Assembly (NCBI RefSeq): GCF_001194135.2
Contig: NC_068983.1
Span: 118,314,050 to 118,378,049, forward strand
Reading direction: 5' to 3'
DNA from: Octopus bimaculoides
Lineage: Eukaryota
Length of the DNA: 64,000 nucleotides
This document shows positions 51,995-64,000 of this stretch, one piece after another; within the stretch, counting starts at the first letter, position 1; the number at the start of each line of letters is the position of its first letter. A program made the translations under genes and the position numbers. The notes under the pieces were generated by a model, which saw only the letters and a program-made list of their open reading frames with translations, was not told the DNA's origin and ran no database searches.

Positions 51995-52572
51995 GATTGT
52001 GTGCAAGAGAGAAGACTGTGCTGCTTTGTTCATGTGATGTGGATGGATGTAGACAGATTCATAAAGATGTGCCAATCACTTAGAGTGGATAGAACTCGTG
52101 GAAGTAGGAGACCCAGGAAGACATTGGACAAAGTACTGAAGGATGACCTCAGGACACTGAGCCTTATGGAGGAGATGACAAAGGACCAAGATATCTGGTG
52201 CCTTGCTATACTTAAGAAGACCCAGCCTTCATGGCAGAATCGTTACTGCCACTCCCCCTGATGAAGAGGATTGGCCTGCAAGAGCCCTGTGCTGGTGCCA
52301 TGTAAAAAGCTCCCATGCTGGTGCCACATAAAAGCACCCATGCCAGCATCATATAATAGCACCCGTGCTAATGCCACATAAAAGCACCCATGCAGGTACA
52401 ATGTGAAAAACCCAGCACATTCTGTAAAGTAATTTGGCATTAGGAAGTGTATCCAACCATAGAAACCATACCAAAATAAACAATCAGAGCCTGATGCAGC
52501 TCTCCAGTTTACCAACACCGGTCAAATCATCCAACCCATGCCAGTATGAAAAAAGGACATTAAATGATGATG
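51995..52572 (+). mobile_element. RTE LINE 3' end: ORF C-terminus, 3'UTR and (GAT)n tail
   Basis: ERRLCCFVHVMWM...RGSRRPRKTLDKVLKDDL...DQDIW is the RTE C-terminal pattern. It is followed by sequence homologous to family B. Confidence 0.85.
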
Positions 52573-52984
52573 TAATAATTACGTTTGCATTATATATGCA
52601 ATAATTGAATTATATATATTACACACTTTGTATTTTGTTGTGTGTGATCTCCCAGTCTGTGGGGGAATTATCTTGCATAAAACTGGTCCATTGTGCAAAT
52701 GAAGGAAATTTTGTCAGCTTGCAATATTGAATTCAAATTCTCCATGAATATTGATTTCAAATTATAGCACAAGGCCTGCACTTTTGGGGAGGCAAGTAGG
52801 TCGATTACATCAACCACAGTGCTTAACTGGTACTTATCTCATCAACCCTGAAAGGATGAAAGGCAAAGTTGATCTCAGCGGAATTTGAACTCATAACTTT
52901 AAAACATGAAATGCCACAAAACATTTTGCTTGGTGTGCAAACAATTCTGCCAGCTCGCTGCCTTAAATTTTCCATGAATATTGC

Positions 52985-53800
52985 AATGTTGTCCTGAGAT
53001 CAGCCTTCAATACTTTTCCTGGGCCTTCCACTTTAAGTGATCTGTACATGGCTCTCACAGCCCTCACTAACCATTCTTCTACCCCTAGTTTCCTCATTGA
53101 CCACCAGATAATGGATTGGGGGACCCTGTCAAAGGCTTTCTCCATGTCAACGAAAGCCAAGTACAGAGGTTTATCCTTGGCTAGGTATTTCTCCTGCAGC
53201 TGTCTTACCAGAAATATAGCATCAGTGGTGCTTTTCCGTGGCACGAACCCAAACTGCATCTCATCTAAGCTGACTTGTTCCCTAATTAGTTGGGCTATGA
53301 CCCTCTCTGTGACTTTCATAATCTGATCTAACAACTTGATACCTCTGTAATTATTTGTATCTAAAGCGTCCCCTTTACCTTTGTAACAGTTGACTATGGT
53401 GTTGCTACACTAGTCATTGGGTATCACTCCTTCGTGTATCACCTGGTTAACAATACGGGTGACTAGGCTATAGCCGACACTACCAGATATTTTGAGCATC
53501 TCTGCAGTGATTCCTGATGGGCCAGGGGATTTCCTTGTCTTCATACTCTTAATTGCTTTATCTACCATGGTACTGTCAATTCGGATAACTGGTCCCTCTG
53601 TTGGGTCGACATTCGGCAGACCCTCTTTCTCCCATTCATTCTCATTATTGAGCAATCTTTCGTAGTGGCATCTCCGAACCTCTTTCTTTGCAGCCTTGTT
53701 TAGTGCAAGTGTACCATCATCCATGCGAACACATTTCTCTCCCACAACATCACGATTCTCTCTCACACACTGTCTTGCAACACGAAATACTTCACTGTCA
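52985..53800 (-). mobile_element. RTE-clade LINE fragment (linker plus RT N-terminal half)
   Basis: The ORFs read KSPGPSGITAEMLK and MQFGFVPRKSTTDAIFLVRQLQEKYLAK...AFVDMEKAFDRVP. Confidence 0.95.
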
Positions 53801-55932
53801 ATGTATATCAATTAATTCAGAAAATAATCAAGAATTTGAAAGGGTTTATTTAGCAAAATAACATTTTTCATCATTAATCAGGAGTTTGGATTAAATCATC
53901 ATTAATTGTAAGTTAACAAAAAATTCTTACATAAAATTATGATGAAAGGTTTGAATTGAAATATTATTGCTTTAAAATACATTTTGCATGACAATCAGAA
54001 CCAGAACTCTTAATACTAATCCTCTTGAAAGGATTAGTATTAAAAGGGCTAATATGATATTCAGCTCATTTTGTCTTAGTTCTCAAGGCATGGTAGTTGT
54101 CATCATCGTCATCAGATGCTTGCCCAAAGTGACATGCAATAAGATGAAACCTGAAACTGTGATTATGTCACCCTTGTTGACTTCTGTCAACTTGAGTCTC
54201 TACATGGCTAAGCCTGTGCCCCCACCCACCCAAATGAGTTTTTACAATGACATTTCATAATGGCAGTGAAAAAAATGCACTGAAGTAATCATCATCATCA
54301 TCATCATTTAACATCCATCTTTCTTGCTGGCATGGGTTACATGGTTTGACAGGAGCTGGCAAGCCCCAGGATTAAACTAAGCTCTACTGTCTGCTTTGGC
54401 ATGGTTTCTATGGTTGGATGCCCTTCCTAATCCTAGTCAGTTTACAGAGTATACTGGTGTCTTTTTATGTGGCTCCAGCACCAGTGAGATCACCAAGTAA
54501 CTTGCAAGACAAAAACCCCCTCTGCTGAGAGAGGAGGTGTGGTATTGGGGGAGGTGGCTTTGTGCTGGGTGATGAGAGGTTTAACCATGATAGAAGGACA
54601 GAAACAAGTAACTTGCTGTAAAGGAGATACATGGGTACTCAAGTTGGAGAGAAGAGAGAGAGAGGAGAAAGAGAAAAGATGGTGATGATGTTTTAGAGCA
54701 GGAGTGTTATTATAAATAGCAAATGAACACAACCTTTGCTTTGTCTGTTTTATTCATAGGTACACCAATATTAACTTACCAGCTACATTTAAATCCCATG
54801 CAAGCTGGTTTAAGTAATCAACCATCCACCAAACCAAATATTTATCATAAAATTAGTAACAATAACAAACAAAGATAATTTTAGTATTGCAAACTCCTCT
54901 CTTACAGAATCAAACATCTTGTCTAATTCAAAAGAAATCAATACATCCTTCACATTTTCTTTACATATTGTCAACAAAAACTAAAGTATCAGACGGAAAA
55001 AAAAAAAAAACATCAGTATTGATTGCTGTATATAAGTAATTTGGTGCAAAATTGTTGGCAATGATGATGGCTAGTAATATGTAAATAACACAAGGCCAGA
55101 AAGTTGACAGCATGTGAGAGTGGGTGGATGGATGTTTGGTTAGTGGGAATTTCTGTTGCTAAGTTTCCACTTCCTTTCCCCACCAACAACTAGCAACAAT
55201 TTTGCAGGTGATAATTCACAGGTAATTTCTAACTTACCTTTTGTTTTCCATTGAAAGAATTACTAGATTTCTTTTTCAGTTTTGTATATATATTTATAGA
55301 TTTACATTTATTTTAAATAAGCATTTGATATGGTTTTAAATGATTATAGTTATGAAATATTTGTGGCTAGAAAACATAATTCAACTCTCAAGTGAAAGAA
55401 TATTATTACAGACACAATGATACAAGCCAGTAAGAACACAATTACATCATTTCACTTCCTCACAAAATTATCACACGAATCCCCCACACATACACACACA
55501 CACACTCACACACATTTATTGTTATGGGATGAAATTACTAGCCATCGTGAGGTATTGAATTTTCTAGTAACACCCCCATCCTCCTCCAAAATTGTTACTC
55601 TATGGTTATATTGAGTTCTCTCTTTAAGTTAGCTATACATAGAACATTATATTTAGGCTTATATGTATATGTGTGTGACTGGCGTTGAGCCAAAATAAGA
55701 AAAGTATACACGTGCATGTATATATATGTGTGTGTGTGTATGCATACATGCATATATGTATGTATAAATGTATGTGTGTGTGTATGTATATATATATATA
55801 TAAAAGGTACATAGGTATGTGATTAGAAAGCTTGTTTCCAAACCATGCAGATTTCTACTTTAGCCCCCAAAGCCTGTGAGTGGATTTGGTAGATGGAAAA
55901 TGAAAGAAATCCGCTGTGTATACATATACATA

Positions 55933-55964
<32 letters not shown>

Positions 55965-56220
55965 CATGTGTGTGTGTGTGTGTGCTTATATATACTGTTG
56001 TCTAGACATCACCTAATTGTTCTAAATCAGCATCAATGTCATGCAAGTGAGTTTTTTTGCTTTTAGTCTGCTGTGAAATGCATAAAATATAACCTTGCTT
56101 GGAAATAGGAGAAAGTGGGCAACAAGCAGGGCATCCACCATTGAATATCTGCCCCAACAAGCATAGAAAGTTGGATTTTAAATAATGATGACAGTGATGA
56201 TGATGAATATATATATATAC

Positions 56221-56429
56221 AAATTATAATTAAGGGTGTCTAAAAGATACCACCATACTAGAGATAGCAGTCAAAACTTGACTCTAAAACCACATCAAGT
56301 ATTCATACAGCAACAAGAGAAAAGACTTTACTCCTGGTGTTGTATGAATACTTGATGTGGTTTTAGAGTCAAGTTTTGACTGCTATCTGTAGCATGGTGG
56401 TATCTTTTAGATACCCTTAATTATAATTT
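56221..56429. repeat. Near-perfect fold-back palindrome (arms about 92 bp, loop about 25 nt)
   Basis: AAATTATAATTAAGGG...ATTCATACAGCA pairs with TGTTGTATGAAT...CCCTTAATTATAATTT. Confidence 0.93.
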
Positions 56430-57076
56430 TAATGATAATTATTACCTATAAGGTTTTTATTCCCATGCTGGCCACTTGATNNNNNNNNNNNNNNNNNNNN
56501 NNNNNNNNNNNNNNNNNNNNNNNNNNNNNNNNNNNNNNNNNNNNNNNNNNNNNNNNNNNNNNNNNNNNNNNNNNNNNNNNNNNNNNNNNNNNNNNNNNNN
56601 NNNNNNNNNNNNNNNNNNNNNNNNNNNNNNNNNNNNNNNNNNNNNNNNNNNNNNNNNNNNNNNNNNNNNNNNNNNNNNNNNNNNNNNNNNNNNNNNNNNN
56701 NNNNNNNNNNNNNNNNNNNNNNNNNNNNNNNNNNNNNNNNNNNNNNNNNNNNNNNNNNNNNNNNNNNNNNNNNNNNNNNNNNNNNNNNNNNNNNNNNNNN
56801 NNNNNNNNNNNNNNNNNNNNNNNNNNNNNNNNNNNNNNNNNNNNNNNNNNNNNNNNNNNNNNNNNNNNNNNNNNNNNNNNNNNNNNNNNNNNNNNNNNNN
56901 NNNNNNNNNNNNNNNNNNNNNNNNNNNNNNNNNNNNNNNNNNNNNNNNNNNNNNNNNNNNNNNNNNNNNNNNNNNNNNNNNNNNNNNNNNNNNNNNNNNN
57001 NNNNNNNNNNNNNNNNNNNNNNNNNNNNNNNNNNNNNNNNNNNNNNNNNNNNNNNNNNNNNNNNNNNNNNNNNNTG

Positions 57077-57299
57077 GAAATTGATATTAATCAATTAAAA
57101 CCAGTGGTCTAGCATATTAAAAAATCCGAAGATTAAAATTATATTACATACAAAAATAAGAGGAATGACCAGCAAAAGTGGACTCCTATATGCTAGAAAT
57201 AGATGCCAAATCATCTAACCACAAAAAATATGTTCTCAGTAAAAATTCGGATTTTTTAATATGCTAGACCACTGGTTTTAATTGATTAATATCAATTTC
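57077..57299. repeat. Inverted-repeat element (54-bp perfect arms, spacer about 115 bp)
   Basis: 57077-57130 is the exact reverse complement of 57246-57299. It begins at a contig edge. Confidence 0.88.
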
Positions 57300-57354
57300 T
57301 ACCCTTACTAATAAATTTTAAATGTTAATAGCTGCCGTTGATTTGTTTCTATAG

Positions 57355-57790
57355 ATGCAGGTATGGCTGTGTGGTAAGAAGCTTGCTTCTCAACCACATG
57401 GTTCTGGGTTTAGTCCCACTGTGTGGCACCTTAAGCAAGTGTCCTCTACTATAGCCTCAAGCTGATCAAAGTCTTGTGAGGGGATTTGGTAAACGGAAAC
57501 TGGAAGAAGTCTGTTATATATATATACATACACATGTGTGTGTGTGTGTGTGTGTGTTTGTGTCTTTGTATCTGTTTGTCCCCCATCACTGCTTGACAAC
57601 CAGTGTTGGTGTGTTTATGTCCCCATAACTTAGCAGTTTGGTAAAAGAGACTGATAGAATAAGTACCAAGCTTAGCAAAAGAAAAAAAAATTAAGTACCA
57701 GGATCAATTCATTTGACTAAAAATTCTTCATCACAGTGCCCCAGCATGGCTGCAATCTAATGACTGAAACAAGTAAAAGATGAAAAATAC
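57355..57790 (+). mobile_element. SINE family A copy
   Basis: Colinear with 848-1260; CpG-depleted. Confidence 0.88.
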
Positions 57791-58023
57791 AAGATACAAA
57801 AGGGTTTTACAACCCAATATTTACATGCTGTTCTCTATGGCTGTATCTAATGTGCTTCCAGAACATTTATTCCAAAAACACATTATCTCACATACTCTGG
57901 AAACTTTATAAAATTCTTATGACGTCAACAATAAATATTAATGTAAATAGTTTCTCCATCTGCCCATGCAACTGCGTATTTAAAAAAAGCACTGGCTTAG
58001 GGGTGCTATTTGATCAACTAAAT

Positions 58024-58637
58024 CAGTGGTTCTCAACTGGAGTCTATATGACTCCTGGGGTCCCTATAAGCAAAATCGTAAATAGAGGACCCACAGGAGT
58101 ATATTAATGGTCCGTGAAAAGATTTTGCTTTAGATGTATTTATTGCAAGAAACAGATGGATTTCTTTCTTTAATATTTTACATAGTTCAACCTGCACAAT
58201 CGCTCATCGCTTAACGTCCGCTTTCAATGCTAGCATGGGTTGGACGATTTGACTGAAGACTGGTGAAACCAGATGGCAACGCCAGGCTCCAATCTGATCT
58301 GGCAGAGTTTCTACAGCTGGAGGCACTTCCTAACGCCAACCACTCAGAGAGTGTAGTGGGTGCTTTTACGTGCCACCGGCATGAAGGCCAGTCAGGCAGT
58401 ACTGGCAATGGCCACACTCAAAATGGTTTATTTTATGTGCCACCCGCACAAGAGCCAGTCCAGGGGCACTGGCAACGATCTCGCTCGAAAATCCTTACGA
58501 TCTCACTCGGTGTGAAAAACAAAATTGTAATTTTGAAAGAAGTATCTATAAAATTAGTCTTTAAACATCAAATGGTTATGAGGGTCCACTAGAATAAAAT
58601 AGTAATCATAGATTAAAAAAATGGTTGAGAACCACAG
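58024..58637. mobile_element. hAT-type MITE with a nested family B SINE (58205-58495, minus strand)
   Basis: TIRs CAGTGGTTCTCAAC / GTTGAGAACCACAG. No intact 8-bp TSD is visible. Confidence 0.75.
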
Positions 58638-58696
58638 AGCAAAAACTTTCAAGACTATGGCTCAGCATTGCTGTAGTTCAATGACTGAAACAAGTA

Positions 58697-58945
58697 CCAA
58701 AATAAAAGGACAAAAGAACAAATTTACTTAAGTTCTTAGTAAAAATGGGTTTATAAGAATAAAAGAATAGAAAAATAAAAGAACTAATTTATTAAGTTTT
58801 TAGTAAAAAAGTGTTTATCAGAATAAAAAAAAACAAAAGAACAAATTTACTTAAGTTGTTAATAAAGAAGGTTTATAAGAATAAACGAATAAAAGATAAA
58901 AGAACGAGTTTATTTAAGTTCTTAGTAATAGAGGGTTTATAAACT
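58697..58945 (+). repeat. About 65-bp AT-rich minisatellite, about 4 diverged units
   Basis: The unit AAAAGAACAAATTTACTTAAGTTCTTAGTAAAA..GGTTTATAAGAATAAA is repeated directly after a family A tail fragment (AATGACTGAAACAAGTA). Confidence 0.85.
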
Positions 58946-59621
58946 GTCTCCTAAGAATACTCAGTTTCTAATAATTTTCCAACACAGGATTGAAATTAAC
59001 CCAGTTGATCCCCTCTTTTTTGTCTATAATGATATGCATAAAGTCAAGATGTTTATACATGTCTGTTACATAAAATGTTGGCTAACAACTGTAGTGTAGG
59101 TAAAGTATTCTATATAAACTGAATAATGTTACTGACAAGTGTCCTGTTTTTGTCTGTTGGATGTTTCCTTTATATTTAAATAAATTGTTATTTATAATTT
59201 AATTATCTATTAGTCGTCTGTCTGGCTTGCACCAGATTTTTGTCTGTCTGTATGTGTGCATGTTCAGGCATGCGTGTGTGTGTGTGTGCACAAATGGGAT
59301 GTTTTCACAGGTGTTTGAGTGAATATTGATGACACTTCATATCCACTGAGAATTATTTATAGTTTGCAAGGCATCAAATCATACACTTCGTATGGATTCA
59401 ATTGCATCATCATCATCATCATCATCACCACCAGCACCATTACATCATCATCATCGTCTTTGTTTTAACATCCAGTTTTCCATGCTTGCATGAGTCTGAT
59501 GGAATTCATTGACATTGATTTTTGATGGCTGAACATGCTTCCACAGAAGATTGCAAATGAAGCACACTACTTGTAGGAAAAGTAACACTCATTTACAACT
59601 ATCACATGGTATCAAGACGAT

Positions 59622-59655
<34 letters not shown>

Positions 59656-61559
59656 CTAGATAGAAATGATGAGCTCCTTTCAGTTTTGGTCAACAAAGTT
59701 CACTCACAAGGCTTTGGTTGGGGCAGGGTCACAATAGAGGACACTTACCCCTTGGTGCCATGCAGAAAAACTGAATCTGAAACCAAAAATAGTCATAAAT
59801 CAGTTTCTACATATGCCCATAAAACTGTGCCTTGAAAAAATCCTACACACACACACACACACACACAATAGATTAACAAATGGAAGGGCAACAATTCCAC
59901 TCTCACTAAGCTATCAAGGGCAGGCAAGAGATTAATCACAAGATTAAAAAGAAAAGGAATGTATTATTGAGACTAATAAGATATATTTATATAATACTAA
60001 TATCTTAACTATTAGAAGGACAAGACTCTTGTTTGTATGTGTGTACATGTGCTCATGTCTATCTGTCTCTCTTGTACAGACTTGTTTCTGAAGAATGTCT
60101 ATAGTTATTACTTGGCTTGTATATGTAACATCAGAAGAATGAGGCTTAACAGTTTACAAAGAGCATTATCAAGATTGGTTGTTGCTTGGAAATATACAAA
60201 CAAACACAATCAATACATGTGGCTTAGAGTAATGACTAGTTGAGCCTACATTCAAAATGATTTTATTTGTTTATATCATCTTATACAAATCTGCATAAGA
60301 GCAAGGAATATAACTAACAGAATTTAAAAAAAAAGGTATTTGCTGTTATTTCATATATAATCTGAAAGAAGTTATGTTTTGCCTTCATATATGTACATTG
60401 AAACACTCAAATTTAGGGAGGGAAATTATTCATGGTTATATGACTTGGTAGAAATAGCAGTCATCTCCTTCAAATTACACTTTGCTGTCTTGAAAAGAAA
60501 AAAAAAAGGCCTGATTGAATAAAACTTCCCAAGGATATACTGTGTGGAAAAAACAAACAAACAAAATTGAGGAACGGTCATAGCTGTAACATTTTTGATA
60601 ATAGGTCTGCTGGATTAGGGCTGACTTGGGGTTAAACAACAATTGTAAAACCCATGAAATACATATAGACCCACAGATACAAACACACACACACGCACAC
60701 TCACTCTCTCTCTCTTTCTCTTTCATACACATACTTTCTCTCTCTCACACACACACGCACGCACACACACACACACACACACACATACACAAACAAGCAT
60801 TTAAGTAAATGTTTGTGTTTACTAGCAACAGGAAAATGCACTCAATATAAGAAGGAAAGCTCATAGTTTTTTTTTAATATATTTTGATGTTGTTGCTTCT
60901 CAAATAACAACTTATTATTTCATATTACCTATCTTTCTCAAAAGTTGGAAACATGAAACTAGCAGGTTCAAATTATGGAAAAAAAAGCATATGTTTACAC
61001 CATACCAAAATGGTAAAAAGGTATAGAATAATGATTAAGGTTCCTTTAGTCTTGATTCACTTAGGACTTACCAGCTTCCCTAATGCTGGAGCCACAAGAA
61101 AATTCAATAAGAAAGACATGCAGCATTAAAAACCAAGCTAAAATGACAGATATGAAAACAGTGGCTTTGAAACAGTGGATTTCAAAAAGAAATGTCTCAG
61201 AGTATGAGTACCTATCCATCCCATACTAACAGGAACATGTATAAGTACAATTGTTGTCAGGGGCCATTTAGCTTTATGTTAGAGCATTCTGCCTGTATCT
61301 GAAGGGTACAGTGTTTGACTCCCCTGTAGCTGCCTGCTGGTAACTTTTTTACACTCTTTTAAGGGTTAATACCCAATCTTTCTCTGCTATTTTCACAACT
61401 ATACTGTGTTTGAAATTTACTTTCTTGTCTGTAAAATAAGTTCAATATGCTTCAGAGTTGTCAAAGACATGCTTCAATGCTTCAATTTCTCTACAGTTGA
61501 ATAAAATAAATAAAATAATGAGGAATACACGTGTACTTGTACATGAGGAACAAAATGAA

Positions 61560-62690
61560 TAACAACAACAAGAACAATAATAGTTAATTCTGGTTTAATT
61601 GGCCACAAGGCCTAACATAAATCAAAAACATGTAAGGACAAACACAGGACGAAAAGTACAAAGGGTTTTGCGAAAAAGAAAGGTCCATGTAAACATTAAA
61701 AACAGCAAAAAGTATAACAAGTAAAACTCCCAATAGGGGGAGGCGCTTTGAAAGGTTACTCGTTGAAAAACCCAAAAAAGCCATGGGAGCCTGGTCAAAT
61801 GGGGGAGAGAGAGCCCCTTCTCCTTTTATATTACCTTTTTTTTACAGGTGTAACTTCAGAATTGGTCCGTTCATCATATTGGCCATTTTACCAACATTCA
61901 CCCACCTTTCAATAAATTTGCTATGAGACAGCACTTCCCTCTCTACTTTCACCTTCCTTTTCAAGTGGATGAGGCCAAAGTTGATGAGGCCTTGGTCAAA
62001 GAGGAAAGTGTCTGACCTTAGCTTTTCAAATGGGTCCACCATACCACCTCTTTTGCTATAGCCACCAAACAAAGGAAAATTGCCTTGCCCTCCTGGTTAA
62101 AGGAGGTTGGTGGGGCAAATCTTCACTATGGATTCAGCTGATAGCCGGATCCATCATACATGCGCCAGTAGTTGTTTGACATAAACCCACAGGTCAGTGA
62201 TACTCGGGCATTGGACGAGTGCATGCAGAATAATTTCATTGTCCTGAGTGCACCTCGGGCAGGCCTGGCTGATGGCACTTCCGTGTGTAGCACTGCCCGG
62301 CGAGGGACCTTTGGAAGTTATCCATGGGCCCCGGCTCAAAAGTTCTTCCAAACAGACAGTTAAGCTGATTATCATTGAAGTCTAGAGTTTCCCCGAGAAC
62401 ATCGTTGTTACTTTTCCTGCCCTAACCCTCTATAGAAGGTTAGAGTGGAACTACTACCGATTGCATTGCCTCCTTGGTGGAGGGCGGTGAGAACTTGATG
62501 GCACTCGAGGTTCCAAGCGCCCTTTCTCGGTCTGTGTTTAATCCAAGACAGCAGCTCAGTTAAAGAGATGAGCTGTGGAAAGTTGTGTCTAACGGTGAGC
62601 AGGTGTCAGACTTGTTAAAGAGGACAACAGACATTAAGGCAAGGCAAACATCTCAAGTCGTATACAATGTTATTGGGAAAAGTTCAAAGT
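61560..62690 (-). mobile_element. Tx1/L1-like LINE 3' fragment (C-terminal zinc-knuckle region plus 3'UTR)
   Basis: The minus ORF reads CPRCTQDNEIILHALVQCPSITDLW, a CxxC...E..H...CP..W RT-associated zinc finger. The region is locally GC-richer. Boundaries are approximate. Confidence 0.7.
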
Positions 62691-63477
62691 CTTTAACAAG
62701 TATATATCTGCTGCACTGGAAATCTCCAACAGCTCCATAACTACTGTCTCAGCTTTAACCTTGGAGCCCTAGTAATCTGTTACAGCACTTACCTCTCGTA
62801 CCTAATCGTTTAGATCACCTGTGAACTAAATCTCCATACTTTGTGTATATATATTGAATTCTCCCTGTGTGTATATATATATATATATATACGATGGCTT
62901 CTTTCAGTTTTCATCTACCAAATTCACTCACAAGGCTTTGGTTGGCCTGGGGCTATAGTATAAGACACTTGCTCAAGGTGCCATGCAGTGGGACTGAACC
63001 TATGTGGTTGGGAAACAAGCTTCTTAAGCACACAACCACACCTGCACCTATTACAAGGCTTTCAAACACACATACATGCATACACACACACACTAGAGTA
63101 CAAATATAAAAACAGAAAACAGCATACAATGTGTCATTTAGGACATATTTGTAAGTTAGCAGTTAATGACTTCGAAGAACATTACCCAGATTTTCATAGA
63201 TACCCAGATACATGTCCATGAAATTCTGTTCAATTACCATGTAAGTGACTTTATCCATTAACTTACACACAGACACACAAATTACCACTCAGATGTGTGT
63301 TCATACATATATTAATCTTTCATCTAAAACTTTCACTGTCAAACTAATATGTTCACTGTGTACATCCATTTGATTTTTGTTGTTTTTGCTTTTGTTCTAA
63401 AATTCACTGTTCGTCACTGATTTGCCTAAATACATATGTTCATCCTTTTCATTTTTTTATTCGTTTATTTGAATTGA

Positions 63478-63552
<75 letters not shown>

Positions 63553-63728
63553 AGATTCAAAATTGAATGCGGTACTTATGTTTAGGCACCAGAATATAGT
63601 ATGGTATTATCCAAACAATTCCAAAAAACAAGGTGATCAAAAATCAAAAAAAGCAGCACGGATTTTAAAGGTTATTGCAGTACACACGTTTCATGCTACT
63701 CCATTTATTTAAGTAATGCGAGCATTAC

Positions 63729-64000
63729 ATTAAATGCAAAATGCAGAGCAATCCTCAGCTGCATAAGGATATAGAAAATTTACTGAAAATTTCATTTCAG
63801 CAGAATGGACATATTTACTGTTGTGACAACATTTAAAATCTAAGTGGCTATGTCAAGATGGTTTTTATGGATTCTTCTTTCCCACTTAGATTTTAAATGT
63901 TGTCACAACAGTAAATATGTCCATTCTGCTGAAATGAAATTTTCAGTAAATTTTCCATATCATTGTGCAGCTGAGGATTGCTCTGCATTTTGCATTTAAT
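63729..64000. repeat. Long fold-back palindrome (arms at least 118 bp, loop about 35 nt)
   Basis: 63729-63847 pairs with 63882-64000, with few mismatches. It may extend past the window. Confidence 0.93.

Noticed and set aside
51995-53800. RTE 3' end and oppositely oriented RT fragment as a twin-priming inversion
   Set aside because: The inverted piece lies downstream of the tail and is separated by about 400 bp including another SINE. Independent insertions fit better.

Overview
This is AT-rich, repeat-dense eukaryotic DNA with nine N-gaps. It is most likely from a coleoid cephalopod (Octopus-like); I infer this from the SINE repertoire, the TA/CA microsatellite load and the gene. One protein-coding gene is well supported: a vezatin (VEZT) orthologue on the + strand, from ATG 1338 to stop 37117. 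I located 13 coding exons with GT-AG boundaries. They join in frame everywhere except between exon 8 and the exon at 17962, so at least one exon is missing, probably in the gap 16198-16994. Intron 6 (14281-14834) has U12 minor-spliceosome signals. The rest is transposon debris: several tRNA-headed and RTE-tailed SINE families, RTE, CR1/L2-like, Tx1/L1-like and Penelope-like retroelement fragments, two decayed mariners, and hAT and piggyBac-type MITEs. There are also five unrelated fold-back palindromes, microsatellites and minisatellites. Most ORFs in the supplied track are artefacts of gaps, microsatellites or repeats. I found no CRISPR array, rRNA or true tRNA. Homology statements come from recalled sequences, not from database searches.
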